Source of the DNA: Xylographa opegraphella | Lineage: Eukaryota | DNA: 26,685 nucleotides | Assembly: GCA_022813865.1 (NCBI GenBank) | Contig: JALDZX010000072.1 | Coordinates: forward strand, 62,001 to 88,685 | Reading direction: 5' to 3' | In this document: one piece after another, positions 11,190-22,445 of the stretch | How positions within the stretch are numbered: position 1 is the stretch's first letter | Layout: every line of letters starts with the position of its first letter | Translations under genes and position numbers: made by a program | The notes under the pieces: generated by a model | What the model saw: the letters and a program-made list of their open reading frames with translations, nothing else | The model's database searches: none | Told to the model about the DNA's origin: nothing

Positions 11190-14028
11190 ATGCCAGACTC
11201 ACCGTTGGCTCAGTCTGTACCACGCAGGCCCGGAAAGCATTCACACTACCCGAGTCTTCCAATCGCCGACGAGTTCTGCAGCTCACAATGGAGTTCGCTG
11301 CTAACCCCACACGCTGCCACGGACTTCGATTACCAGAGCTCGTTTGACCCAGACGATAGCTCCTCCGTCCTTCATCCTTGCCCCTATACTGACACTGACG
11401 ACACTTCGACCCAGACGTTGCTCCGCTCCAGAAGTCACTCCTCATACGAACCGGTGCATGATGTGGCCAACCATGAAGGCCATGCCGAGCTGGATATTTC
11501 GACGGAACATGATGATGCGTATGGTCTGCAAAACGATCAGGAATCCTCATATAGGCTTTCTACTTTGAAGCAGCCTCCGGAGACAGGCACCTCAAAGCAA
11601 GTGTTGAGAACGGAGCTTTGGAAATCACGACCGTCGGCGTTGTCCCAATATCGGTTCGCGGTGGATGATGGGGGTTGGTGGTGGCATCAAATGTTGGTCG
11701 ATCGGAGTCTACGATTCATGGCAGCTCTCACGACTCTCTTTGCGCTCATGATGGTCATACTTTGCATCGTATACTTTGGGGACTTTGTTCATCGAGTCAA
11801 CGCAAACTCCACGTCAGTCGGTGGGATATCGGGTGAAAGTTGCTCGACGATGGAGAGTAGGAATATTGTATGGTTTCTGAGCACCTCTTGTTCTAGAGGA
11901 TCATGCCCATACTGAACTGATTATCTGTGGCTAGGCCCTCCACCTGTTCTTGAACATAGCTGCCACCATAACGCTTGGAATGAGCAACACATTCCAAACT
12001 ATCGTCTCGTCCCTCAAAGCTGATGAGCTTCGGTGGGCACTTTCAAAGTACGGCGATGCGAGAATTGGTACAAATAGTCCTTTCAACATCAACCGCAAAA
12101 AGACCGGGAAAGCAAGCTCGTGGTGCGCTTGGCTCCTGCTTGTCTCGACATCTTTTGTAAGCCCCGGGTCCAATCCAGTCAGGAGATGTCTGTGGTGGTG
12201 CTGATCGAAAAACAAGCCAATTCATTTCCTCATCAACTCTGTTTTTGGGCCTTCGTTCTATGTCACTCCACCAACTCATGTCATTTACAATCCCATACCT
12301 AGTATGAACTATTCTACTCGTACTACAGCTATGATGCAATATAGCAGTTTTCAGTTAGACACAAGCGATATAAGCTGTTGGTCAGCTTTCCGAGCCGGAG
12401 TCTATACTTATCCCTCGGATATGGACTACATGGCTGCAGGGGTTGTTTCAATAGATCCTTACTCGACACTTTCTCGCTCGTCAGTTACTGTCACATATTA
12501 TGACGCAAACTGCACGAAATACCGCAATACAACCCGAGATCTTCTTTCTCTTTACGACGAAATGAGTCCGGGTTACCAATTTTTTGTTGGCGACTGCTGG
12601 AATGCAAAGATGGTCGCATGCGAGCTTGGCGGGAACAATACACAAAGTTGCAGACTCAATATCAGAATGTCTGCTGCGTTAACCCTGGCTGGCTGTCTTG
12701 TACTCAAAGCCGGATATATGATATTTCTTAACTTCAGGGCTCGACGGAAGGTGAAGACACGATGTCTTACGTATGGAGATGTTATTGTGGCCTCCGTCCT
12801 CGATCCCAGACTACGCATCTGGAACGAGTGCTTGGTCAATGCCCAAGAAGGTCACCGGCACAAAGTCAGCCATACCTGCCATAAACACTGCAGCGACTCG
12901 GAACCATCAAAGACTGGTGACAATATTGGCCACTGCCAAAAGTGTAAAATGTTTAATACTATCGATAAAGCGGCCGACTTGATTCATCCTGTCATTGCGA
13001 TCAAATACAAGTCGTCACTGATATCGAATCTTGGCGTAACTGCCGTTTCCCAGATGATGATGCTTACGCTCTGCTCTCTTACCATGGTAGGAGTCTCTAT
13101 CCTGCTCGCCATTGTTTTTGCAGGTGCGGCAATTACACGCAACGATGCCTGTCCCAAATTCCCAAACAACCCGATGTGCGAGATTCCACTCGGAACGTAT
13201 CTCAATGATAAATTTGGGGGCTTTGGTGGTTTCAATACAAGTGTTAGCTTGGCCGCGCTTGCACCTGATAATCTTGGAAGTGAGTTCTTAGCATTCAGCA
13301 TTGCCAACGGCGCACAGTTTCTGTACTCATTACTGTACCTTCTCTTGATTTACAACGTCACTTTGATCAGTATGGAACACGATTGGGGTACATTGGAAAA
13401 ACGCCGCCAGAAGCTTCGATGCACCATCGTTAAGGGCGGTGGATTCGCACAGTCCTATTTACTCCAGCTACCAAAACGCGTGCTCTTTCCCGCCATGGGC
13501 TTCAGCGCCTTGATGCATTGGTTGTTGGGTCAAGCTATCTCGACGATAGAGATCACATGGGCCGATCCAGTAGCAAAAACAGCTCATACGCAGAATTTCG
13601 TACGTGGCGTGCCATGAACATTACGATTGACTTGCTAAAACGCTGCTTTCAACAGGTCGTGTACGCAGTCTATCCAATCTGGTTATCGACCGTACTCATG
13701 CTCGTCATGACAAGCGTTTGCTGGTGGGCGTTCACATACAGGCGCGAGGGCTTCATCCCGCAGCTGTACGGCTCGGTGCGGGCGTGCTGCTCCGCCACCA
13801 CGGAATTGGACTCCTTTGGCAAGGAAGGCGTGATGTGGGGTGATCGTAAGTGTTCAGCCGTGTTCGACCGTCGTTGGTTTTGTTTGCTCTAACTTCGACC
13901 CAGTCACCAAGCCGGATCCGCAGGATACAAGGTTTCGACACGCCGGTCTGTCGTCGGGCACTGTGGAGCAGATCGTACCTGGGGAGCTCTACTGCGGTCG
14001 GGACTCCCCGCATCTAAAAGTCTCATGA
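11190..14028 (+). CDS. Multi-pass membrane protein, DUF6536-like; 5 exons, introns 11868-11934, 12157-12216, 13600-13655, 13846-13903
   Basis: ORFs join in frame at GT-AG introns. Motifs ALHLFLNIAATITLGMSN, PIHFLINS, CLTYGDVIVAS, SYLLQLPKR, MHWLLGQAI and WGD..RHAGLS match the recalled fungal DUF6536 family. Several hydrophobic helices are present. Confidence 0.8.
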
Positions 14029-15656
14029 AACATGGAGGCATTCAAGACGCGGAGAACTTGGCTCGCTTATCGCTCAATCGCAACATCGTGCCTTCGCACC
14101 ATCCGTGATATGCCCTAAGCTGGTAGTAAACACGAGGCGTGGAAACAATCGAGGCTTTACGTCTCTACTGGGCATCAACATGCAGTTCAAACCTCTCGTC
14201 ATTCCTAGGTTGTTACATTCTCGAGAACTCCTCCCAAACCCGCGACTAGGGTCGGCACAAGCCTACGTCAATCGTCGCCGTCTCTCATACTACCCGACTC
14301 TGTAACGCCAAGAGACGTGCTTGCGTTCTGGTAGCCGATCACAATAGCAGCTACAGGGTATCGTGTTGCCAACACCCATAGTACGGACTCTCGAGGTGCA
14401 GAAATGGGGTAGTCAGCACGATGGTCAGGGTATCGTAGGAGATCGACGGGAATGCTCCGCACGCTGGTCTAGATTCAGGGTGGGAGAATATAAGAGTTAT
14501 GGGAAAGTTAGGCAAAGATGTTGGTTTTTCTGTCTTCTATATTGTACGTCTGCAATACTTGGAATTGGTTCAGCGAAAGGAGTCGGTTGTCACATTTGTC
14601 ACGTACTGGCTATTACGAGTCTGATTTTATATTACAGCCGCAATCGAGACTGTGCTCAAGGGATGGGTGGAAGAACAAAGCAAGAAAGGAAGGGTACATG
14701 TGCAGCATGAACGGGCTATCGATCAGGCAAGGCTACCCGTACGGCGGAGCGTTCGTCACTGCAACCGACTATCATTGATTTTCTGGCCTATCTTCTGCCT
14801 CGTTTTCGATCAGGTACTGTGCGACATCCGCATTAAGTGATAACTTCCTGATTAGGCGAGAGCAGCGGACAATAGATGTAAGTACACTAATATTAATTTA
14901 AGGGAGAAGATATCTTTTTCCCGATAGGTTCTATGTAGCTGCTGAATATCGGCCCATGCTCCAGGTTTCCAACAATGGCTTTGGGCGCTGATTCCTACCG
15001 ATAGAGGATAGGAGTGTACCAACGTTGCTATCGTGTGCAGACAAATAGCAAAGGCAGCGGATCTGTAAGGTCGGAGGAACATACTGGAGGTCGTTAGTCG
15101 AGTATGAGTCTGAGCGGTTTGTTGGGAATCGTCGAGGTCAGGTCCGGCCCATTGGAAATTGCCCTCCCGATGGTGAGGCTAAAAGGATGGGAGTCCTCCG
15201 GACAGGGTTCCAATCTTGGACTGTCGTAGCCATGATTGTCTTTAATCACCGCATCATCGATGTGATATCCTTGATGATCGAGTTATGAGACTTGCTATCG
15301 CTTCTCATGTACAGCCGTAGCCCATAAATATACGTATTTTATGTAACAGCCATAATTGGTCTAGCCGGTACTTCACTGGACCAGAAAATCCCCGGCTCGG
15401 GGTTAGTTATGGTACGAGTGAAGAAAGTGGCTTAGTCATGCTCTGTTTCAGAAGCTCACCGTGCGACTAAGCCCGGCCAGGTTAGTGCTTCATGTCGGAT
15501 GCGACGACCGAGGCACGTCAAAGATATCCGCGCAAATCACATGTGCAGGCCCCATAAAGCAGACAGAGCAATTCTCTCCACAATACGGAGTACGGAGTAA
15601 TGTAATAACCTACACTTGTCCGGAGTTCTTGAAAGTTCTTTGAAATCCACATCAAA

Positions 15657-16937
15657 ATGCCTTTCAATACTGTCCTAACGAGGCAGCTTGGCATCAAAGG
15701 TAAAGATCTCTAGCACTACCCTACGAAATCTCTGCTTACCATTACGCAGTTCCCGTTGTGCAAGGGGGCATGCAGTGGGTCTGAACCGCTTATGACCAGA
15801 GCAAGAGCGAAGCACTGATTTCAGCAGGTGGGCTATGCGGAATTGGCCAGCGCGGTAAGCAATGCTGGGGCACTTGGTATAGTATGTTGTCCTGCCCTCT
15901 GATGCTAGAGACTGGCTCAAAAGGTCTATCTAGCTCACCGCGCTCACTCAACCTACACCCGAAGACCTTCGGAAAGAGATCCGAAGATGTCGGACTATGA
16001 CCAAACAGCCGTTCGGCGTCAACCTTACTCTTCTACCTGCTCTGGTCCCTCCCGACTACCATGGATATGCAAAAGTCATAATCGAAGAAGGCATCAAGAT
16101 TGTAGAAACTGCGGGCAACAGTCCGGGGCCTGTTATCAAACAGTTCAAGGCTGCCAACTGTATTGTCCTACACAAATGCACTACGATTAGACACGCCCAA
16201 TCTGCGATCAAGCTCGGTGTCGACTTCTTGTCAATAGATGGCTTTGAGTGTGCTGGCCATGTAGGTGAATCGGACATTACAAACTTCATCCTTCTCAGCC
16301 GGGCCCGCCAATCACTCAAAGTACCATTCATAGCGTCTGGGGGCTTTGCGGACGGACAAGGACTTGCAGCCGCGTTGAGTCTGGGAGCCGAAGGCATCAA
16401 TATGGGCACACGATTCATGTGTACGATTGAAGCCCCAATACATCAGAACATAAAGGAAGAGATCGTCAGAGCTCAGGAGACCGACACGGAGCTAGTACTA
16501 AGAAGGTGGAAGAACACGTCCAGGCTCTACGCAAACAAGCCAGCCAAAGATGCTGTCAAGGTTGAAAAGGAGAGCGCGAGCGGAAAGTTTGAGGAGGTAG
16601 CCCCATTCGTCAGTGGCAAGCGAGGGCGACAAGTCTTTTTGAACGGAGACGTGGATTTCGGAGTTTGGACTGCGGGTCAGGTCATGGGTCTGATACATGG
16701 TAATGAAACATCACACGCGGCAATTCGATCTCTCGATGCTGATGTGCGAAATCAGATATACCATCTTGCGAAGAGCTTGTCAAGCGGATAGAACGTGAAG
16801 CCGAGGATACTATCCGGAAGGCTAGCTTTTTAATCATCGATAGCAGCTCTGATGCTGTATCAGCGACAGGTACGGTCGGTAAGAATACTAACAATCCCGG
16901 GGCAGAGATATGGGGTGTTGGCAAGAGCAAGCTGTAA
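15657..16937 (+). CDS. Nitronate monooxygenase / 2-nitropropane dioxygenase family flavoprotein with C-terminal SKL; introns 15700-15749, 15779-15827, 15882-15933, 16700-16755
   Basis: Motifs VPVVQGGMQWVGYAELASAVSNAGALG, PFGVNLT, DGFECAGH, PFIASGGFADG, GINMGTRF and AGQVMGLIHDIPSC. The last exon ends ...GKSKL-TAA. Confidence 0.93.
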
Positions 16938-17744
16938 TGCTAGGTTCGTGTAATATTACTGGTTCCTGCTTGGTGTCTGCCATCATTGTAGCATGAGTAC
17001 CTGTCAACATGTGCATCGGTTAACATGAATGAGTTATTCAACACGCGGTTTTCTCTCTTCAAAGTCCGGATGTCTTCTGAGCATATCATCTTTGAGCTTG
17101 TTGCGATCTTGCTGTGGCTTGTTTCTTTTCCTGTTGTCATAATGAAGAAATTCAGCTTCTCTCATGCTATGCCCGTCGATTCGTGGCTATCTCTTTCCTC
17201 TATTGGCTGGACCTACCACAGTTTAACCAATAACCTAGATGTGCTCTAAGCGCACCACCAAACAAACGTTGGCGGTCTTGCGCTTAATCCCCAACATATC
17301 GGTTTGTTCTTGAAGCCGTCTTCTCCTGTTTTCCATTATCTCTGTTTCAAATTTATAACCGATATCCAAAAGACGTTCCACTTCCCTATTGAAGACACGA
17401 ATCGGTCCCTCTTGAGCCTTTCGCGTTGACTCGCAAATGATCATATAGGAACTATATTTCAAGAATCTGATTTGCGCAGAGATACTAAAGTTACCGACTT
17501 TAATCTATCTCCATTAGTCTTGGTCAATCACTGCAACATCGCCCGATCTTGCAGTCTAAGCCGCTGGCAGTATTACCACGAAAGAGGGATGATTCTCTCC
17601 GATCGCCCCCCATCTCTTCAAATCTCTCGCCTGCTCAAAACTCCAAGCTCCTCCTCCCTCCTCCCCGTTCGCATACCACCTCCCCATCCAGTCTTCCACC
17701 CCCCCTCCCAATCATTAGTCAGCAAAACAGACTTCGAACTCACC

Positions 17745-17966
17745 TCACCTCCGCTCATAAACAATCACATACGGATCCCTCAAGATCTTATCCCTCGCCG
17801 CCCGAAACCTTGCCTTGCAGCTGGGGCAGAAGCCCTCTTGTTTCGTGGTCCGCTTGCCTTCGCCGCCACGGTGCGCGGGGAGGCCGAGGATGGAGAGGCA
17901 TAGGTGCAGTTTCCCGCGCACTTCGTGGCTGCAGGTGGTGTAGAGGGTCCAGTCACGGAGACACAT
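17745..17966 (-). CDS. Small Cys/His-motif protein (73 aa; possibly extended by a 3' intron 17693-17748), paralog A
   Basis: MCLRDWTLYTTCSHEVRGKLHLC...GFCPSC..FRAARDKILRDPY, with ACCAAC-ATG start context. Motif spacing is shared with the neighbouring ORF at 18438-18791. Confidence 0.6.
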   Translation of the reverse strand: MCLRDWTLYTTCSHEVRGKLHLCLSILGLPAHRGGEGKRTTKQEGFCPSCKARFRAARDKILRDPYVIVYERR

Positions 17967-18437
17967 GTTGGTAGGTGTGAGGGTGGTGGTGGGTGGGAAG
18001 TCGAGGGTGGGGGGATGGAAAAGGAGTTGCGGGGGGGGTGGGAGATGCTGGTGGGTGGGGGGATGGTCGAGGTCGAGGGGGAAGGGCCGGGACGAAGGAT
18101 GCTTGGCCATGGAAAGGGGGACGAAGTCGAAGGTGTGGGTGTAGGGATCGGCGGGTTGTGTCTCGGTACAGTGCGTTGGGGCTGGTAGAGGGTCGTTGAG
18201 GATAAGGACAGTGTTTCTTGGCATTGTGCGTTGTTACTGATCTCAAGCAGGCTGAGTACAATGGCATTGTTGTCTCATACTCGTGGTTTGCTTTACAGAT
18301 GGTACTGGATCACAAAAGAGGTACTTACATTTCTTCGCAAGGAGCACTGACGATTCCAGACACCTCCACCCCCTCCCCCCCCCTTTTTCCCCCCAAAAAA
18401 GAAGAAGAAAAAACTCACCTCTCACCCTCCCCCCTTC

Positions 18438-18791
18438 TCAAAGCGCAAAACACCGAAACCACTCCCCCCTCCTCCTCCACCCCATTTTCCACACCCGCCA
18501 CCACGCCCTCCTCCCCTCCCCCTCCCCCTCCACCGTCGCATACGGCGACACAAACGGCCGTTCCGGATAACGATACGCATACGGATCACTCAAAATGCGC
18601 GCGCGCGCGCGCAGGAAGGGGACATTATGCTCGAAGGCGCAGCTCGGGCAGCGGCCGGGGCGCGGCACGCGCTGCCGGTACACGCCGTCCTGCGGCGTGT
18701 GCTTCCAGAAGGGCAGGGGGAGGCATTTCTTCAGCGGGCCGGGGCTGTCGTGCCCGCATTGTTGGTGGTGGATCGTTTGTTGGATGCACAT
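18438..18791 (-). CDS. Small Cys/His-motif protein (117 aa), paralog B
   Basis: MCIQQTIHHQQCGHDSPGPLKKC...GRCPSC..FLRARARILSDPY, with CCAAAC-ATG start context. It aligns with paralog A. Confidence 0.6.
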   Translation of the reverse strand: MCIQQTIHHQQCGHDSPGPLKKCLPLPFWKHTPQDGVYRQRVPRPGRCPSCAFEHNVPFLRARARILSDPYAYRYPERPFVSPYATVEGEGEGRRAWWRVWKMGWRRRGEWFRCFAL

Positions 18792-18867
18792 GTTTGGTGG
18801 TTCGTGGTGTAGGGTTGTTGAGGGATGGGGGAGGGGGATGGGGGGGGGGGGGTTTAAGAGTGGGGAT

Positions 18868-18922
18868 GGGGGATAAGGGGATTGTGAAGGGGGATAAGGG
18901 GATTGTGGTGGGGGATAAGGGG
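18868..18922. repeat. 21-bp tandem repeat (GGGGGATAAGGGGATTGTGRW, ~2.6 copies) inside a G-tract-rich stretch
   Basis: Units at 18868-18888 and 18889-18909, with a partial unit at 18910-18922, read directly from the sequence. Confidence 0.85.
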
Positions 18923-19945
18923 GCGGGAGCGGCATTGTGTATGGGTGTGCTTGGTTCTTTGTGGTTTTGTGTGAGGGGACAAAGGGTGGGTAAGGGGGTT
19001 TGTGCTGCTGTGTGAAGACGGAATGGAACAAGGGGCGGACAATGGGAATTGTGAATTCCAAAAGGTCGGTATTGTTCCGCGTGCAGAGCACTGTTGTGGC
19101 CCGCTGACAAAGCGGAGCTGGAAGCACAGAGAGCTCACGGCTCGAAGTATGCATCGCTGAGCCTGTCATACAGGTTTCGCGCCGAGGCGCCGCGATATCT
19201 CGTTCCCTTCGATACTGGTATATCACCAGTATATATCGGCCCTCGAGAACGAAAACAAGAAAAGCGAGCCGCAGACGCCAGGATGCCACATCGCATGAGC
19301 GAAAACTCCGCTCAGGCCCGCCGAGCGTAAGAGTGCCAAGTTGATCATATGGGTCCTATAGCACGGAGATGACTTCCTGCTGCTTAAAGAGGAGGGGTAG
19401 ACACTACTACCTAGGCAGCTCGCCGCCGCACAAAAGTCCAGTGAATGAGAAGCACGCCTGCCGCGAGCAGAAGTCGTCCGCAGAACAAAGCCGGATGTCC
19501 GTAAGTGACAGCACGGAGCTCGGGTATTGGAGTTAGAGAAGAATCGGCGTGCAACCGGTGAGAATGTAGAGCAGGCGGGATGGAGGAGATGTCGGCTGAG
19601 CATTTGGAGATACTCGCTGTATAGAAGTTGGAACCGTAGGGCGGAGGAGGAAAAGGAATGGAGTGTGGAAAGATGCAGGAAAACAAGGAGAGTGAATGGT
19701 CGATATTGTATTGTAAGCGATGTATAGAATCTAGTTCCGCCGCCGCCGCCGCATGGACTATTTAGACTCAGTATAGCCCCTTCGAGGTATAGGGACACAG
19801 CATTGAATACCGGTCGAGAAATAAAAACACTTACATATGTAAACAGAAACTTATCGTCACCCTAATAACCACCCATCCACGGCTCCGCAATCCAAAAGCG
19901 CCCACCCCCTATCCATCAACTCCACACATCCATACCCAACAACTC

Positions 19946-21284
19946 TCACACCTCATATCGTAATCGGATACTTCCCCAACCCCCAACCTCAAACGCGACA
20001 ATCGTCGACGGAAAAGTATACAAGTCCGTAAACTCATGCGTCCGCCGGTCCCACACACTGCTGCGCCTCTGCCCATCGGGTCGAAATAACGGCGCCAGCG
20101 CTTGCTCCCCCTGTGCAGCGGCCAAGTCCGGCGTGTACCGCAACGCCGTGTATGTGGCGCCCGCAGGCGGCGATTTCTTCGACCGCCACGCCTCGAAGAT
20201 CTCGTCCACGGAGGCCTGCAGGGCGAGCAGGCATTGCTGGGCGTTGGCGGCGTCTACCTTGTCGAGCAGGCGCTTGTCCCCGTACGCGGTCCACGTGGTG
20301 CAGAAGCTGTTCTTGACCTGTAGCCCGATGGCGTTGTCTTCGTCGTGCATGAACTGGAGCCGGTGAGTATGATATTCCTAATGCTTAGGCTGGAAGATGT
20401 GATACCTTGGCGCAGATGTCAGCATCGCCGAGAAAATTGTGGAGGAAGCGCCGAGGTGTGCGGATGTGGCCTGCGGAGAAAGAGTCCTCGAGGAAATGGT
20501 CTGCGTGGGTATTCATGGCATATGCCAATGGGAGATCTTCCGGCTTACCGCCTTGAGCTACCTCCAATGCAGCAGTGTGGCCCGCGGTATAGGCCGTGTG
20601 CGCGTCCTCGCCGAAGTGGTCGTAATTGATACGAGCAAGTCCTAGATAGCCAGGAACGTCGAACGGACGAGTGATGGTGATTTCCTCAAAAGCCAATGTC
20701 TGATCGGATAAGCGGCTATATAGCACAGAAGGGTCAACTTTGGTATTCAAGGCCTGATTTATCGTATTGACCTCCAGCTGCAGCACCCCAAGGAGCTGTT
20801 CTGCTTCTCCAGGGTTTCGGGTCTTGTCGATCGCTAACCACTCCCATGCTGCTAAGAAACATCGAACCTGCTCGTCAAGACCCACGCCATCGCTGATAGG
20901 ATGCGCAGTCCCGTAGAAATCCCCACCGAGGCCGTTAATCTGCCCGTAGGTGACTTCGAGTCCGTTCGGCAGAGTGAACGGCTTCTCGTAAGCCAGATAA
21001 GATTTACCATCGCTCCACCGGAGAGTAAGAGCATCTCCAAGTTTGTGTTGCTCGCCGAATTCAAAGTCGACTCTGCCGTGCGCCGAACCATCGGTACCCT
21101 GAGCTTCCTTGACGATAGGGATAACACGAGGTGTCGAATGAAAGCCTGGAACCGAAGGTTTTCCACTGCTTTGGGAAGATCTCTCATCGGTAGCGTTGGA
21201 TCCTTTGTCCTGGCTGTATCGACGTTAGCAAGCACAGAAATATGTCCTGGGCGGGACGCATCACATCACGTCCTCGGTGGCCAT
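19946..21284 (-). CDS. Zn-dependent phosphatidylcholine-hydrolysing phospholipase C (Pseudomonas/Legionella PC-PLC-like); introns ~21214-21264 and 20354-20405
   Basis: One frame from ~21213 reads FEFGEQHKLGD, TYGQINGLGGDFYG, NYDHFG and AYAMNTHADHFLEDSFSAGHIRTPRR. After the intron (GTATCA..CAG) come FMHDEDNAIGLQV and WTAYGDKRL. The first exon and its donor site are uncertain. Confidence 0.8.
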
Positions 21285-22445
21285 GATAGCAATAGTACAA
21301 AGGGAAAAGCTGCGAATAGTCCGAGTTGGAGAAGACAATTGGACAAGTCAAGTATAAATAGATACTACAGCAGATGGTGCATCAACACGTATGGCACAGA
21401 GTAGATGTCCGCCTCTTAACATGAATGGTCATGGATTGACATCACATAGTGGTACAGGTGGTAGTCAGATGGTCAATCAGTAATAAAAGTCGGATAGGAA
21501 ACCACACGTGAGATAATTCTGCTTCTCATCCGATAAATTACAGAGGCAGAAATGAATGGTAAAGACGCATGAATCCTAGAGTAAGCTTCGGTGCTCAGCT
21601 CCTCTATGCTCAGCTCCCAGCAAGCACCACAGCGGGGTATCTTATCCTAGCCAAGAACCTCTGACAGCACGGCGTATAGAGTTCGTATTGTAAATAGAAG
21701 CGACCTACTCACAAAAAGTCGTTGCCATGACATATTGCTTATTGCTTCTTAGATTTTTACTGTCAGTCTACATTTGATGGATGGCGTCAGCTCCCTCGAG
21801 TAAATCTCGAGTTTGGGCATCTTGCCTTTACTAACGTCCCTCCCTGCGTAGCGAGACACCCTCCGTGCCGAGACAATTGAGGGGTACTTTGACTTTGAGC
21901 AACTCCAAAGCTTCGCACACGATGAGGTTCCCTATACTTCTATATATATAATGTGATATAGCTATTCATGAACATCTAAGACCTCTCCTACCTTAAAATT
22001 ACCTTAGCATTGTCACCTTCACGCGTGAGTTACAACGAACCTCCTTTTCGTGTATAATAGCGTACCTCTGCTCTAGCACCACTTATAAGCTCTTACCACT
22101 TACGACGTTTATAAAGGGTAGTACCCGACCCTAAAAGTCTTACAAGAGCACGGCAAATCATGATCAGCCTTGTGTTCGCTTGCAGCTCTTAAACTCATGC
22201 AAAATCGCCACGTTTATCGGTACCGCGGCTAGCGCCAAACAGCCCCGCGCATGCCATGTAATCATAACAGTGTAATTACTTGCAGTGGCTAATAGATCTA
22301 TGGCGCAGCCTTTCCCCTCGTGCGGGCAACTCGGAACACAACATCTAGCTGTCGGCAATAGTGCTTTAAAAGATTCTTTGACGAACTTGCAGAACTGTTT
22401 ACAACCAAATTATGGCTTCGTTTTAAAAATATATCCATTCCGTTA

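Noticed and set aside
14852..15082. 76-aa minus ORF with a signal-peptide-like start (MFLRPYRSAAFAICLHTIATLVHSYPL)
   Set aside because: No supporting exon structure or family motif; needs RNA evidence.
16940..17462. Charged minus-strand ORF pieces that might be a decayed gene
   Set aside because: Could not be joined or assigned to any family.
18868..18922. Short repeat array as CRISPR-like
   Set aside because: Head-to-tail minisatellite without spacers, in a eukaryotic context.
18218..19289. Long ORFs 18218-19015 (+) and the full 18438-19289 (-)
   Set aside because: Low-complexity products of C/G tracts; only the Cys-motif part from 18791 is supported, by paralogy.
20852..21404. ORFs 20901-21404 (+) and 20852-21235 (-)
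   Set aside because: Antisense or off-frame to the PLC exon, whose true frame carries the conserved motifs.
21420..22440. AT-richer spacer with a TA run (~21940-21960) as a possible transposon relic
   Set aside because: No terminal repeats, target duplication or transposase/RT motifs seen.
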